DNA of 64,000 bases, from contig JARFYF010000029.1 of NCBI GenBank assembly GCA_030265395.1, positions 37,317,577 to 37,381,576 of the forward strand, written 5' to 3'. Below the pieces are notes generated by a model. It saw only the letters and a list, made by a program, of their open reading frames with translations. It made no database searches and had not been told where the DNA came from. Position 1 is the stretch's first letter. Every line of letters starts with the position of its first letter. Shown piece after piece: positions 25,930 through 39,800 of the stretch. Source of the DNA: Rhina ancylostomus (Eukaryota). The position numbers and the translations under genes are program-made.

Positions 25930-26265
25930 TAGGTATGACTTTCTGATGGCACACTTGAATTCAAGACAGAGCATGAAAGTCCTCATTTTAGAGTATTGGG
26001 AAGACCTGGACTGACACTCCAGTACAGTACTGAGGGAGTGCCCTGTACTGAGGGACAGTGTTTCAGATGAAATATTAAACCACTGCCCCAGCTGCCCTTT
26101 CGAGTGGATATTTCAGAGGGGTCATTATCTCACTGCTGTTTGAAAGACCATGCTGTGCACAAATTTTCTGCAACATTTACTGTTGCAACAGTGACTAAAC
26201 TTAGGACGTCATTTTTTATGCTGCTGAATACCGTGAGTGAAATTTTTTAGGCACTGTTTGAAAGT
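25930..26265 (+). mobile_element. Deu-domain SINE remnant (SacSINE1/AmnSINE1-like)
   Basis: gacactccagtacagtactgagggagtg...tttcagatgaaatattaaacc...gtcattatctcactgctgtttg...gctgtgcacaaatt...caacagtgacta, matching the Deu domain and tail as I recall them. Confidence 0.7.
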
Positions 26266-26309
26266 GAGAATACTGATGGCATATTTTGCCACAGTGTAAA
26301 TAAAAGTTT

Positions 26310-27290
26310 AGAGTCAGAATTGTACAGCAATGGAAACAGGCTATTCAGCCCAAATCATCTACGCTAATCAGTGCGAACTCGTGTTAATCCCATCTCCCAG
26401 CACGTGGTCCATAGCCTTATGTGCCTAAGCAGTTCGAGTGCTTCTCTAGACATTCCTTAAATGGTATCAGTGACCCAGCTTCAAACATTCTCTGGATGAA
26501 GGTCCCCCTCATATACCCTCCAAATCTCTTCCCTTTTGCCCTGTATCTATATCCTCTAGTATGGAGCAGAATTTTCTGCAGTCTACCCCATCTCTACTCC
26601 TCAATTTTATATTCCTCAAGCATGTCCTTTCTTAACCTTCTCTTCCAGGGAGATCACACATATTTTTTCCGGCCTCAGTTCACAACTGAATTGCTCCATT
26701 CCAGCCAACAACCTCATGAACCTTCTCTGCACTCTCCAGCATCATCACATCCTTCCTATAGCATGGCAACCAGAACTGCATGAAGTACTCCAGCCAAGAT
26801 CTGACCAAGGTTTTATAAATTTGCAGCATGACCTCCCCAATTCCATACTCAATGCCCCCAAATAATTAAGGCCAGCATCCAAAGTTCCTTCATAACTATG
26901 TTACCTATATGTGTTGCCACCTTCAAGGATCTATGAACTTTTACTCCAAGGTCCCTCCATTTCTCAAGACTTTAAGACCTTGGTGTATATTCAAGCCTNN
27001 NNNNNNNNCCACAGGACACAACTGCACACTTGCCTGGATTAAACACCACCTGCCATTTTACAGCTCATTTCACAAATGCAACTCTCTCTGAAACCTGAGA
27101 TTATCTTCCACATTATCAAATCTGCCAGTCTGTTATCTGTGAATTTACTGATCACGCCTCTCACATCCAAGTCATTCACATATTACAAACCTGCACTGAT
27201 CCATGTGAGAAACTACTCATCACACATATCCAGTCACAAGAACCCTTTACCATCACACTCTCTCCTATTGTTAAGCCAATTTTGGACCTG
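26310..27290 (-). mobile_element. Decayed CR1 LINE 3' portion
   Basis: Reverse CR1 tail gtacagcaatggaaacaggctattcagccc; ccagaactgcatgaagtactccag (LEY..QFW); gtgttgccaccttcaaggatctatgaac. Confidence 0.8.
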
Positions 27291-28892
27291 AATGTGTTTT
27301 TCTCCTGATGTTTTTTGAAACCTTGTATTAGCCATTAAGGGAGCTAAGCTGACTTAACGAATAAGGCAATAAAGAGTTAACAGACTGTACATGTACATTT
27401 CCCAAATTACGAACCAGTAGCACACATACACCTTCACTTCACAAGTATACTCTGGGAGCTTATGATTCAAAACTATTTGTTCAACACAAACTGAAGAAAC
27501 TATTGCTTTTAATAGCAGCATTAATCAGGCTCTATATTTTGAGGCAAAATACAGGTGTTGTGAACATTGATAATGAAATCAATTTCAAAAATTAGGGCAC
27601 TTCAGGGAACTGGAGTGACATTTCTTCAACTGACATTCATGGTGAAACTTAGATTAGTAAAGACCAACTCAGTTTTAAAGTTTAAAAATGCATCTGAAAC
27701 AACCAATGATACCAATGGACAGCCTAGCTTTGAATAATTTTTTTAAAATCAGAATTTGTTGCAAACTGCAGAAATTAGTCCCTGCAGGTGTCTGGCGAGT
27801 AAGTCAGCAGGTAGAATTGTTCTGCNNNNNNNNNNNNNNNNNNNNNNNNNNNNNNNNNNNNNNNNNNNNNNNNNNTTTTTTTGGGGGGGGGGGGGGATTG
27901 GAGAAAGCACTGCCCCCCCCCTTAACTGATACAGACAAGGAACTCTTATTTGAGTGGATCACAATGAACTAAATACTTTTCATTTTTGACTACTTTTGTT
28001 GTTATTATTGCAAATGTTGTGTGTAAATTCCAATTTGGAACTTCTGCCTCTGTCAATTCTAGAGGAACAATCAAAAGCAATATTCAAGCACTGTGGCTTA
28101 GCCATACTCCTTTAGTGTTACACATCAGCCACAGTACATAGTGCACACAAACACTGTAATTTAAAAGCCACTAAATGGATATATTTAGGTTTTGGCCTGT
28201 GAATCCAATTGAAGCAACATCCTAATATTTATATTTCACTTATCCTTGCATTAACTCGTGCATACCCAATGCAAGTCTGGCTGGCCCTGTGCATACCCAA
28301 CATAAATGAGAGTCAATGCTTTGGAAAGACAACTTCAGCTAAAAACACTTGTATTTATGTAGCACTTCACATATTATTGCTTCAAGGACAGTACCATCAC
28401 ATAGGCACATGCAGCAAGCATTCTTTACTGTCAAACTCCCCCCAGACAGGTGGTGATTGACCAGATCTGTTTTTGGTCAAAACAAATGGAATACCAGAAA
28501 ACTGCTTTTACCAATGCACAGCATTGTTTTCTCAGCTGAACAAGAACGGGGACTAACACTGTTGAACATCCCATCCAAAGAGTGGCATCATCAACATCAC
28601 TCAGGCCTGCACAAGTTTATTGTTTAGATTATGAAATTTAACTGTACCACAGGCCAATTTCCATGATCTTCTCACTCAGATACTACAATGCCAGCAAATA
28701 AGCCAAGCCACCACAGTCCTAGAGTAAAAGAATTCTGATCTAAGTTTTCCTGAATTGTTCAGTAACTGTGGCAATTCAGGACACCAGAATAAAACATGAA
28801 TACATCATAACAGAATACATATACTTGTGCTTTATAGTATTTCAAAAAGTTACAAAGCCCTGAAATAAAAAAATATAAAAATTATCACTTAC

Positions 28893-28967
28893 AGTGAAAG
28901 AAGAGTAATGTTTGCAGCTATAATTCCAAAGCTTGGTATTGTAGTCAGTTCATTGTGAGTTATTTTC
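28893..28967 (-). CDS. LRIG3: LRIG3 exon 3 (LRR)
   Basis: 75 nt; ctttcag|G...CT|gtaagt; KITHNELTTIPSFGIIAANITLLSL. Follows an 81-nt intron. Confidence 0.93.
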
Positions 28968-29048
28968 CTGAAAGTCAATAAAGGCAAAGTCAGAAATGAA
29001 TTAAACGCAATTTAAGAGTTAATTCTAACAAATAAAATTGTGACTTAC

Positions 29049-29120
29049 ACTTCCTGTAAGCTGTGTAGATGGTTAAACAAGCTGCCATTGATAGAAGTAA
29101 TTCGATTGTGACTCAAATCC
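29049..29120 (-). CDS. LRIG3: LRIG3 exon 2 (LRR)
   Basis: 72 nt; tattttccag|G...GT|gtaagt; DLSHNRITSINGSLFNHLHSLQEV. Not in the supplied ORF track. Confidence 0.93.
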
Positions 29121-31394
29121 CTGGAAAATATATTACATATTAAAGTGAATTTCCATTTCAGAGTATACAATTTACAACATAACTTGATAAAATCCACCTT
29201 TAATTTCTCATGTTGAGGGTTGTGGGGAAGTTATCCATAAATTTGCAACTATTACACATTGGGTTTTCAACCAACTAAACTAGTAACTTTGCTTTAGTGT
29301 ACAAAAATTGGCTCCCCTATAGCATATTAGGTAAAANNNNNNNNNNNNNNNNNNNNNNNNNNNNNNNNNNNNNNNNNNNNNNNNNNNNNNNNNNNNNNNN
29401 NNNNNNNNNNNNNNNNNNNNNNNNNNNNNNNNNNNNNNNNNNNNNNNNNNNNNNNNNNNNNNNNNNNNNNNNNNNNNNNNNNNNNNNNNNNNNNNNNNNN
29501 NNNNNNNNNNNNNNNNNNNNNNNNNNNNNNNNNNNNNNNNNNNNNNNNNNNNNNNNNNNNNNNNNNNNNNNNNNNNNNNNNNNNNNNNNNNNNNNNNNNN
29601 NNNNNNNNNNNNNNNNNNNNNNNNNNNNNNNNNNNNNNNNNNNNNNNNNNNNCTTGTGAATAAATATTTATTATAATAGAGCTTCTTGTTTCAGATCTAT
29701 GCTTCTGCATGTATATAGCATTATCTACAGAGGAGCATGGGAGTCCTTTTTCCCAAAAAAGCTGTTAGTCCTCAAACTGGAATTACATAGGTGCAAATGA
29801 TACATTTTTCCAAGCATGTAAATTATAGTTTTAAGCCAATAAGGGACAAAATTTCAAAAATACTGCCAATATCATTTGTACTGATACAGTCCTAAATGAG
29901 GGAGTATTATAATGTTTTAAGTGTTAAGCTCTAGAATTATTCTTGAGAGGAGAGCAGAAAAAATTCCATGTACAATAATGGAATTTCTCAATTTCTCAAG
30001 TACCTGAATGTGCTACACTGAACCAGAAGTATATTAACTTCACTAATTTCCCCAACATTGGAAAGCAAACAATCAGACTAAATTTTTACTTGAACCCCTG
30101 TGGTATACAGGAAAGAACTTGATTTCTGGCTTAATATGTTAAGGTAACATATTACAAAATGATTATTCCAGTTGAAGTTAACTCATTATCAGTGGTTGTG
30201 CATAACCAGCTCCTGAACTAAGCAGGCAGGGTACAAAAATCTGTGGATTTTGAATTGCAATCTATACCATGTATTTGAAGCACATTTGCAAAGAGACCCA
30301 CCAGGCAGCTACAGATATGTGGTCTGTTCTGTTGTAGCTGTAACATGTACAGACCTGGCAAAAGGTTCTAAACTACAAAATCCCCCAATTACTAAGAGTG
30401 CTGTGCAAGATCATCACACTGGAGCCAGACACTTCCACTTGAATTTAAACTCTGCCCCATCTGTAGTCTATCAGCAAATATGAAAACAGCATTCAATCCA
30501 TTTCAAGTGCCCCAGATCCATACTTTTGAGGGTTACTAAATGTCAAAAAACCAAAATCGAAAATTAGAGATGTTAACAGTACAGGATGACCAACAGATTT
30601 CAGAGAACATTGGAAACATGCTCAAACTCAATTTACTGAATGCTTGCACATAGAATTAAGCAGATATCCTAAATCTGCTTCTTATTGTGGGTCACATTTA
30701 TCTGGAAGCAGGTTAGCACTTACAACTAAATTTTAACAATACAGTATCAAACAAAGTGTTTTTAATTCCAAGATAAATTTCTAGAATTCTGGCTTTAAAA
30801 ACTCTCAAAATGCACTATTTTCCCCCAAAGATCAATCTTTTACCACCTTTTTTGTGTACTGGATTTTAGAAAGCTCAGACACAAAAGTCTGGAAGCAACA
30901 TAGGTGCAAGTCTCTACTAGAAGAACAGCTTGTTTTAGTAAAGGATTATTTTCAACTAAGGAATTTTCTACATATGGCAACTTGCCCTTAAAGTGCTGTG
31001 TCCCAATTCACATAAATTTCTTTACACATTCAAGATACAATCTCAAGACGGCCACCATTTATGGAATTAGATTCCACATACAGCTGTTTTGACCAAAGAA
31101 GCTAAATTTCTATTTTTCACCTTTTTGCCTAAACTTTTGGCCGAACTAATATGAAGTTTAAATGATATTCAAAAAAGTTTTAATATCCATGTTTTAGAAC
31201 ATACTAAAATGGGGGGGAAGAAGAATAAAAAAAAATCACATTTAGTAAACAAAGCTCACTGATATGAAGTGGCTTAATCTGTAATTTCACTATGGGAAAT
31301 GAAAGACAATTTTGTCAAGGCAGATTTTATTTCTCACCTACATTTGTTTAACTGGTCTCACCATAGCTGCGATGAATGCAAAACAATTACCTTA

Positions 31395-31476
31395 CAAGAT
31401 AATGCATCTTTATTAGTCCATATACATCAAAACAGTGAAACGCATCTTTTGCGTAGGGTGTTCCGGGGCAGCCCGC
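31395..31476 (-). mobile_element. 5'-truncated V-SINE tail
   Basis: atctttattagtccatatacatcaaaacagtgaaacgcatcttttgcgtag...ggggcagcccgc is the reverse of the tail seen at 13000-13080 and 53164-53248. Confidence 0.75.
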
Positions 31477-34400
31477 TATCACTGATTCGAGGTAGAGGGA
31501 ACAGAATTGGAACTGGAGGCAGGTCAGAATTCTTGCTTCATTATGCCCCAATGTTAAATGTGCATATGAACTTTGGATAAAGACAAATTCCTTTGCAATG
31601 TCCCCATTTCCAAAACAAGAAGGTAACTTAGCTAATGACATGTTTACAGTTACTTGTGTTAAGGGAAAGACAGCAAGCATCATACATTTGACTTACTACA
31701 GATTGAAACCATTTGTAGATACTAGTCACTCCCCTGCATATCAGATCAATAATTTATGATCTCAGTCTTTCCTGGTTTAGTTGTTGTCAGGCAAGGTGCC
31801 ACATTTGATTGTTGCAATCCTAAGACAGAAAAGAATATTTCTTTTTTTTTTAAAAAAGCTGCAAATCCCACCCCTAGTTGGCAATCTTCATGCACGAAAG
31901 AACTCAGTTGAAGCATTCCAAAACTAAACCTACTACCCTGTTTAGTAGCTTACCTCTTTTCCCTTAATTTTCAAGTGTTTACTGATTATTGTAAAACTAA
32001 TCCTTGCAATACAATTTTCTATGCTCTGTGCACTCAGGCTTCAACCTTAGTCACTTTATAATAATTTTAGAAAAAAATTGCAACTTCTTTCAGTGTCCAA
32101 TCATAGAAAGTAGACCAGCTATTTTCAAAACAGCATTTACAACCTTGAAAATCTCAACTGATTTTCCTCAACTAACGTTTTCTGCTTCAGTTAAATTCAG
32201 TTCAGTATCCTACTTCTTCATGCTTTCACATTCCTGATATTTTGATAAAGCTACCATGCTCATTCTCTAAAGGTTTTAAATGTTCCTTTCTCAATTATAA
32301 CATTCCATAATAGAACAAGTACTCAAACCTAATAATCCAACCCAAATTTATCATAATGTCTGCTCCATTCTTTCTTACAGACTGCAAATTATTACCAGAT
32401 ACAAGTTACAATATTATGCAGTGTGCAACTAGATTGGCTATAAAGCTCAGTGCTGGAATAATCAAGGCACTCAAATATACATTTAGGTCAAGTACATAAG
32501 GACTTAAAGGTGGCTTTGCCTAAGTCTTTTAGGAACTTAAGAACCATTCAGGATTTTAAAAAATCAAATTTATACAGCACCCAATCATACATGTAAACCT
32601 CAATGATGCAATTCCATATCATTCTATGAAAGTTTGTTAGCATGTGCTTTTCATTCACCTTGCAACCAGATTTCTAATCGCGTCATCTGATAAAGCTTCT
32701 AGATTAATCATTTTCAAAAATAAAATTTTTGCTTCAAAAACAAAGACACTGACATGGCAGGATTATAAAACTGATGTGACTTGCACCACTGCAATATTAA
32801 TTTAACATATGGATAATGCTTGATTCCAGTTCAGCATCAAACTAACTGACCTCAACTGGATTTAGTAAGGGTTTTCATACTCTATGAATATCTAGCAACC
32901 TCTGCTATACAGATGTGAATAGCAAACAAGGTCAGGATCATGCTTAACCAAGTTCTCTTTGTGGGCTACCTGAATGCCAATAGTCATAAGCATTTATGAA
33001 CATGATCAGTTGAGGTAGTAGTGTTATCCTTACCATGAAACTGAACAAGGAGAGAAAAGGAAGTTAATTACTGAGAAATTAGAAATCACTTGGCAGTCTG
33101 TCAATCTGAAACAATTATAAACTAAGGAGCTAGAATTACACAAATCACAGGATGGATAAGTGATTTTATCATAACATGCATTTAACCCAAACAGTGCACA
33201 TGGGAAACAACTGCCTATTAATGACCTCAGTAACATTTTAGAATACCAGGTTGAATTTATAACAAAAGTACATTCAATACCCATCTTGTAGGCAAGATTC
33301 AGATGTTTGTGCAAAATACAAACGCAGCTGGATGCTGACAAGGAGGTATTCCTTTTTCAAAATTTCACAATACACATAACTCAGCTATAGCTTATGAAAC
33401 AATACTACAGTTCTAACACTATTCTGTGTAATAAAAAAGAACTAATAAGTGTGTGCATGCACTCTGCACCTCCATTTTAACAGGTGATTAAGCTTGGCAT
33501 ATGCACATTCTCTATCAAAAATTAAATATAAAAATGAGCACTACAGGAAATTATCTCCATGGAATCCATAAACCTAGTACTCAAGTTGAAAATTTTCACA
33601 AAAAGACATACCTTAGGAGCCTGGTGCATCTAAAGTGTATAAACCAATAGCTAGCCAGCTTGAGATTCCCACCTCAAGAAGGTCTATTCCTGTGCACTCG
33701 CTGTTCAAAAACCCTATTCTTCTTTCATTTTTGAAAGGTGTTAAAGAAAGTGAGGAAATAGCCCCAAACCACCAAGGATAAACAGATGTCGCTTGTAAGA
33801 AATTAATAGTGCCACACTTACTAAGACATTATTTCCCCCTTAAGGAACAAAGGCTATGTAATTGTATGGTAATCTGTTGCACCTGGATTAAGTACTGGGG
33901 AGCAAAGAGGTAAAGAGCCAATTTCATAAATTTAAGAAAATAGAAACTCGAGGTCAGATTGCTATTTGATTGCTGTTATCAAGAACAGTTTCTGAACTGC
34001 AAAAAGTTTCATCTCACAGCAGACATCTATTTAAAGCTAAAGAGATTTTAAATCAATACCATAACATGGGGTAGATCAGCTAATTCAGCAGAAAAATAAG
34101 TATGCTGGGAAGGGAAATCAAAGCTTTAACTACTTTAAGACACCAATATTGAGTGACTCATAAATCAGTGCAGTACATGAAAAATTCTCAGTCTGGATTA
34201 TATAGAAAAGCAGCTGCTGAGAACAGCTCATTGCCATGTGTTTTTCTGACTTCCAGAATAATAAAGTGAAGTTTTCCCCCCTTTGGATCTTAATCATTAT
34301 TGCAGTTTCATTTAAATTTCTCTACTTATAATCAAGCTTCTTTCCCACTTCAGGTTGATAGACACTTACTATTGTACCCAGGAAAGAATGGCATTTGCAA

Positions 34401-37400
34401 AAGGGTTTAGTATGAAGCCATGGAATGATTTGCTTATCAGTGAAGAACTAGAGATTCTATACAGCAAATTAATATACTGCATGTTAAAGGTTATTAACTA
34501 AACAAAGACTCCACCAGCCCAAGAATGCCCCACCATCCTTAACTTCTAAATAGTACACAGATTATTACTTGCTAACAATAGGTTATTTTCAAGGCCTCAA
34601 TCTAATCTTGGAAAGTTAGTGAAGGCTCAAGCAGCTCTCACATTTACAACCTATACCCTTGATTAGATTGTTTCAATCAGTCCCTGATAACCAGAGATTC
34701 ACTTGTAAGCATCTGAGAAGCAATACTTCCAGCATCTGTCAACTGTAGTGCAACTATAAAAGTAATGAAAATTAATTTCTCCTTGGAAATATACTTCACA
34801 ATGAAATTACAAATTCTTTTGCCTTATTTTGGATACTTCTATCACTTCAATTTTCCACTAGATCCTTCAAGCAGGCTCTAGGAAAGCTTTCTTAAAATCA
34901 AAGGAAAAAAGCCTAATATTGGCAGACTGTTGCATGGTCACTTCATATATTGCATCTCATGTTTCTTTACATCCATTCACACCTCCACCCAACAGCAGCT
35001 TTTAAATACATTCACTGGAATGTGGATTTAAGAATAAATAAACCACTAGAAACAAAAGGAATGGGACATTGCTGCTTTATGTGGTCTCATTTCATTATTT
35101 ACATAGCCATTGAATTTTTTAGCAAACTTGCATAGTAGTTTCATACTTTCCAATATATGCCAAAACCAAGTTTGTAACAGGCAACAGTCCAAAGAACCAC
35201 TTTGCACCCATAACCACCCTACATAGATGGTAAACTTTTCATGTGCATAAACAAACCTTCCCAAAAGATCAGCTAATCACACATTTTTGCTAATTTACCA
35301 GTTAAGCCACTATTAAAATATAATAACCCTTTATTTGATCTTTTAAAATTAAAATTATGCTTTCCATTGTAAAGTATTGCTCCAATTTGAAATTTTCTTC
35401 AATTTTGTATTTACATTACTTTAAATACTTCAATGCTTGTCAATTGCAATGATTGACCACAGCTTCAAAGAACAAATAAACAAGTTGGATAGTAATCCAC
35501 TGACAAAGAGTGAATTCAATTCACAAATAATTACTCATATGCCAAACAAGTTTCAGTCCCAAAATAACTAAGGCAGACTGCATTTTTTGGCTCAAAAGGA
35601 GTTAATTTTTCTCTACTTCAGCTAATTTTTTGTTTTATTATTCCACCACTTGCTCTTCATTTATGCTGAAGGTTCTACCACTGACACCAACTATCTGATA
35701 TCAATAAAAAGACCAAATAATGGGTTTCTGCAAGTTATTTAACAAGGAACCCATTCCCAAAGAGATCCTGCCCTCATTGCATCATGAATTTACATTTAAA
35801 AGAGAAAGGACTTGATGAATTCCAATCAGGAAGTAGAATACCTGTGCCTCTTCCTTAGAGCAAGTACACTGAGGCAATCGCAGACCAACAATTCAGATCA
35901 AGTTACCACCTGACTGGACCTTCTTAGTTTGTGCAACTATTCAAGCAAAACCATCACCAGCAGGCACCACACCCTTCTTCTGCAGCACCCCTCCCCCAAC
36001 CCAAAAAAGAGACCAGACTAAATCCATTTAACAGTCTGGTGTCACCTGACAGGAAATTAAACTACAGTTACTACTTTAATGATTGTAGTGGAAGTACAGG
36101 CTTAAATTGAACCAGAATGACAAATGTGTAGCAAAAGTAGGTAACACCCAGGAAATTTAATACTCTTCCCCCATACAAAATCTCTATTTTTAATCTTTGT
36201 TTTTGTATTTTTCCTCACTCAACAACAATTTCACTGAAAATGGCCTGGAATTACTCAGCCACTTCATTTCCCTCACACTGTGGAGAAGCACATTGTTCAG
36301 CACTTGGAAAAGACTGAACCTCTACATAACTACTACCTGCTGGGGAAAAACATTACCGCACTGCCACTAAGGTGCACACATTTCAAGCACGAAAACTACC
36401 CAAGGTTATTTAGTTTGTAATATGAATATTTAATCTTTCCAACTCATAATTAGAGTTCCCATTCACAATAAGTTTCCTGCTTACTGGTCATGGAAAAATG
36501 CTGATAAAAGTCAAAAATTTTACAGATTACATTAATCATGAGATAAAAAGGATGAACTGTAACAACAGAATTTCAAACATTCTGCTTAAAGCTTTTTTCA
36601 CCCGTCCTGACATGCAACCTTAAAACCCTTTGCTTTTTGACCATGCATTTGTCATCTGCTGACTCAACTTTATGCAGATTGTGTCACCTCTGAACCACCT
36701 TTGAAGCAACTTGTTTATGAAATGCAATTTGGTATGGAAAAACAATATCCTATCCATAGATGAGAATGACATCAAACCTGGAGCAAAATGTGAGCTAAAT
36801 AGTATTCAAATTTAAAAGCACTTTCCAATATAAAGTTATATATATTTTAGCCAATTGTGTTAGCGATCAAATGTTCACTTGTTGAACTATATCTACTTTT
36901 ATAAACATACTCATTGCCTTGCAGTGAATACCTTAAATTCCAATACCATGAGATTTTCCACAATGAATGAAGAATCTTGTAAGTCAGAAGCTAAAATAAT
37001 AGTATTACAATCTTAAAACATCTAGAAAATATTGTGTTGGCTGAAAATAGACCATTAAGTAGTACAGGGGGAGGTGTTAAGAGTGGAATTGGCTCCCAAT
37101 GTTCTTACAGGCAAATAAAAACAGATGCAATTAAAATTCTCCATGGAGGATATCAAACAAGCTGCACTGACCGATGATGCTAACCCATGAATAGCAATTC
37201 TAAGCAATGTGGGCAGGCTTATTAAAGAAAGAAAAATTCAACAAGAGTAAAATCACGACATTAAGTGAACCAAAAACAGGAAAGATATGCAAGGCTTTAG
37301 TGAAAAGCTTAAAACCTGGCACACATAACATTGAGATACATTATGAATGTGATGGCTGAAAATGCATAAAAGATTATAATAAAGTTATGTATGACTGGCA

Positions 37401-37674
37401 AGGGAGCATCTTTAGTTCTAAGGTCTAATTTCAGACCATCCATAACTGGAAAGAAAGTCTAAGGTAGTTGAAAAACAGACTCCGAAATTTACAGGATAAT
37501 CCACATCAAAATGTCACTCTTTGGGAATAATAGTGGATGCAAGGGATATGATACGTCTAAATCTGAGCATAAGATTTGGGACCAGCAGAAAATTGAAGTC
37601 AGTGATGAAATATGGTTAACTTTTCTTGTATAGGAGTTATTAAAAGAACGATTTTCAAAAAAGTATTTCATTTG

Positions 37675-37800
37675 ACTTTGTAGGACCTTGCCAAGTGCAA
37701 ATTGGCTGCTGTGCTTCTCTATAAAAATGCATGACCATACTTCAAATTTAATTGCCTGTGAGGTGCTTTGGAATGTCCTGAAGCACTAAATGCAACATTT
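37675..37800 (+). mobile_element. Deu-SINE 3' remnant
   Basis: gtaggaccttgccaagtgcaaattggctgctgtg...cttcaaatttaattgcctgtgaggtgctttggaatgtcctga...aaatgcaa; similar to 45280-45395. Confidence 0.6.
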
Positions 37801-39800
37801 TTAGTTGTTAATACAAAAGGGATTAAAACTTCCACCTTCAGTTCCAGAATCACACCAAATAATGGATAATTTGCAACTGCTGACTACATTGCCCAGAAGT
37901 TTGCTGAATTAAATCACAACTGTACAGTGTAACCACACCTGGACAATGTGAGGTTTATATGAAACTGTTCCCCAACCCTAAAGCAACACACTGTTTTCCT
38001 GAGGAAGTTTTTGATTAACAGTAAAGCATTTATAAATGCTTCAAGAACACAAGGTTTGATGTAAACAGAAGAGATACTGAATGTTTTCTTTTGAGTAACT
38101 GGCAAATTCTCCAAAGGGTGATCACAGTTATGTGCCCCAACTGGGCTACTAGTGCTTATTTACACAACTGGAAACTATCCACAGCTGCTCCTCTCAGATG
38201 CTTCTCTACTAATAAGAACATATGGGTGCAAATCAACATCTTTGAAGTGATTGAAATATAGAGAACAAAAAAAAATCAAATACTGAAAGTCATTCCAGCT
38301 GTTGCATGGACTTTGCATACAAAAATATATATTTTGCAAAAAATATTTTAAAGCAAATTCAAACTCAGTGATTTTATTGACATTCATATGAAAATGGAAT
38401 CTCAACCACAAACTTCCATTTTACTATGTCTAATAATGAAAAAAAATCAAGTTCATATTTAGAACAAGCTGGTATTTTAAACTTAATAGAAAAGGGGACA
38501 CAAAGTTTTGTTCATTCATTTAAAAGGGAAAATGCTAGCACCAATCTAAATGAGGCATTTAGACACTAAAATATCTCAATATTGTACTTTTGCTGTCATT
38601 TTATGGAAAATAATACAGAACAATGAAATTATCACTTGCCAGATTTAATATATTAAAACCAATACAAAATAAATAACTTAAAATTAACTTTAAAATTTGG
38701 GAAAGGAAGAATTTTCTACAAATCACTTTTTAAAATCCTCAGAATTTACTTATATCTCATACTTGGAAAGCATGGAGTTTGTTAGTAGTGAAAAGTTTCA
38801 AAGTCCATTAAAGAAAGAGCTATTCATGTTTTGTGAGCAAGGCAGCATTACTGCCAGATGAGCTAATTTGAAGGGAATTAGCCACAACTAATTGCAAGTC
38901 TTCCTGCTTTGTTCAACATTTGGACCTTTCGCTGCACATGGTCAAATGATGAACAGCAGCAAAAAAGAGTACCAAGTCCTAGATTTACTTTACAGTTGAT
39001 GGCAATATTAATTATTTCGACTAATTCCATCAATTAATTTCTTCTCTTTGAACGTCTCCCTTCTACAATTTCGTTTAAGGGCCTTTGCCCTTTAGGACAC
39101 AGTTCCAGATGTACAAACCACTTCTACTTCAGCCAAGTGGCCACAAAACTACATAGTAAATTGTTCCACAGTAGGAAGCATCACATTTACATTTCTTTCT
39201 TTGCCTTAAAGTGTACAATTTAATAAACTACCAACAATTAAGTGCAATGAAAAATTTAGATTACCACAAATTGAAATCAAACCTGAGGTATTTAATAGAG
39301 TGGATCCCGAATACAAACTGTAAACCAACACAGATAAAATCTAAAAGCTGTTACAGCTGCAATTAATGTAACTTCTTTTCCTTATATATACTCTCAGCAA
39401 CTATCTTAACTTGATGGCCATCAGAAAATGCACTTGGAGATCCAAAGGCAACATGATCTCTCACCTAGACCTAATTTGCCCAGAGCACTCAAAACCTAAC
39501 CACACATCAACTGCATCCCAAGTTTTTTCGCCGATTTGACCAGGGATTTGAAGCAACATTTGTGCGCGGTGCAAACGCGCACCTCTGAGGGGAGCATTGG
39601 AAAGGTCCACCTTTCGTGGTCAAGTTTCCGCGCAAATCGGCAGCAAGCTAGTAGAACTTTGCAAATGCAACAAGTTTCGTTTGCTGAAACGCAGATGAAC
39701 ACATTTTCCCTCCAATACAAAACTCGAGACTTTTCTTTGGAGACGTTCCGGAAAGATTCGGGGGGCGGTGGTGAAAGACAAGTTTGCAAGGTATACTCAC

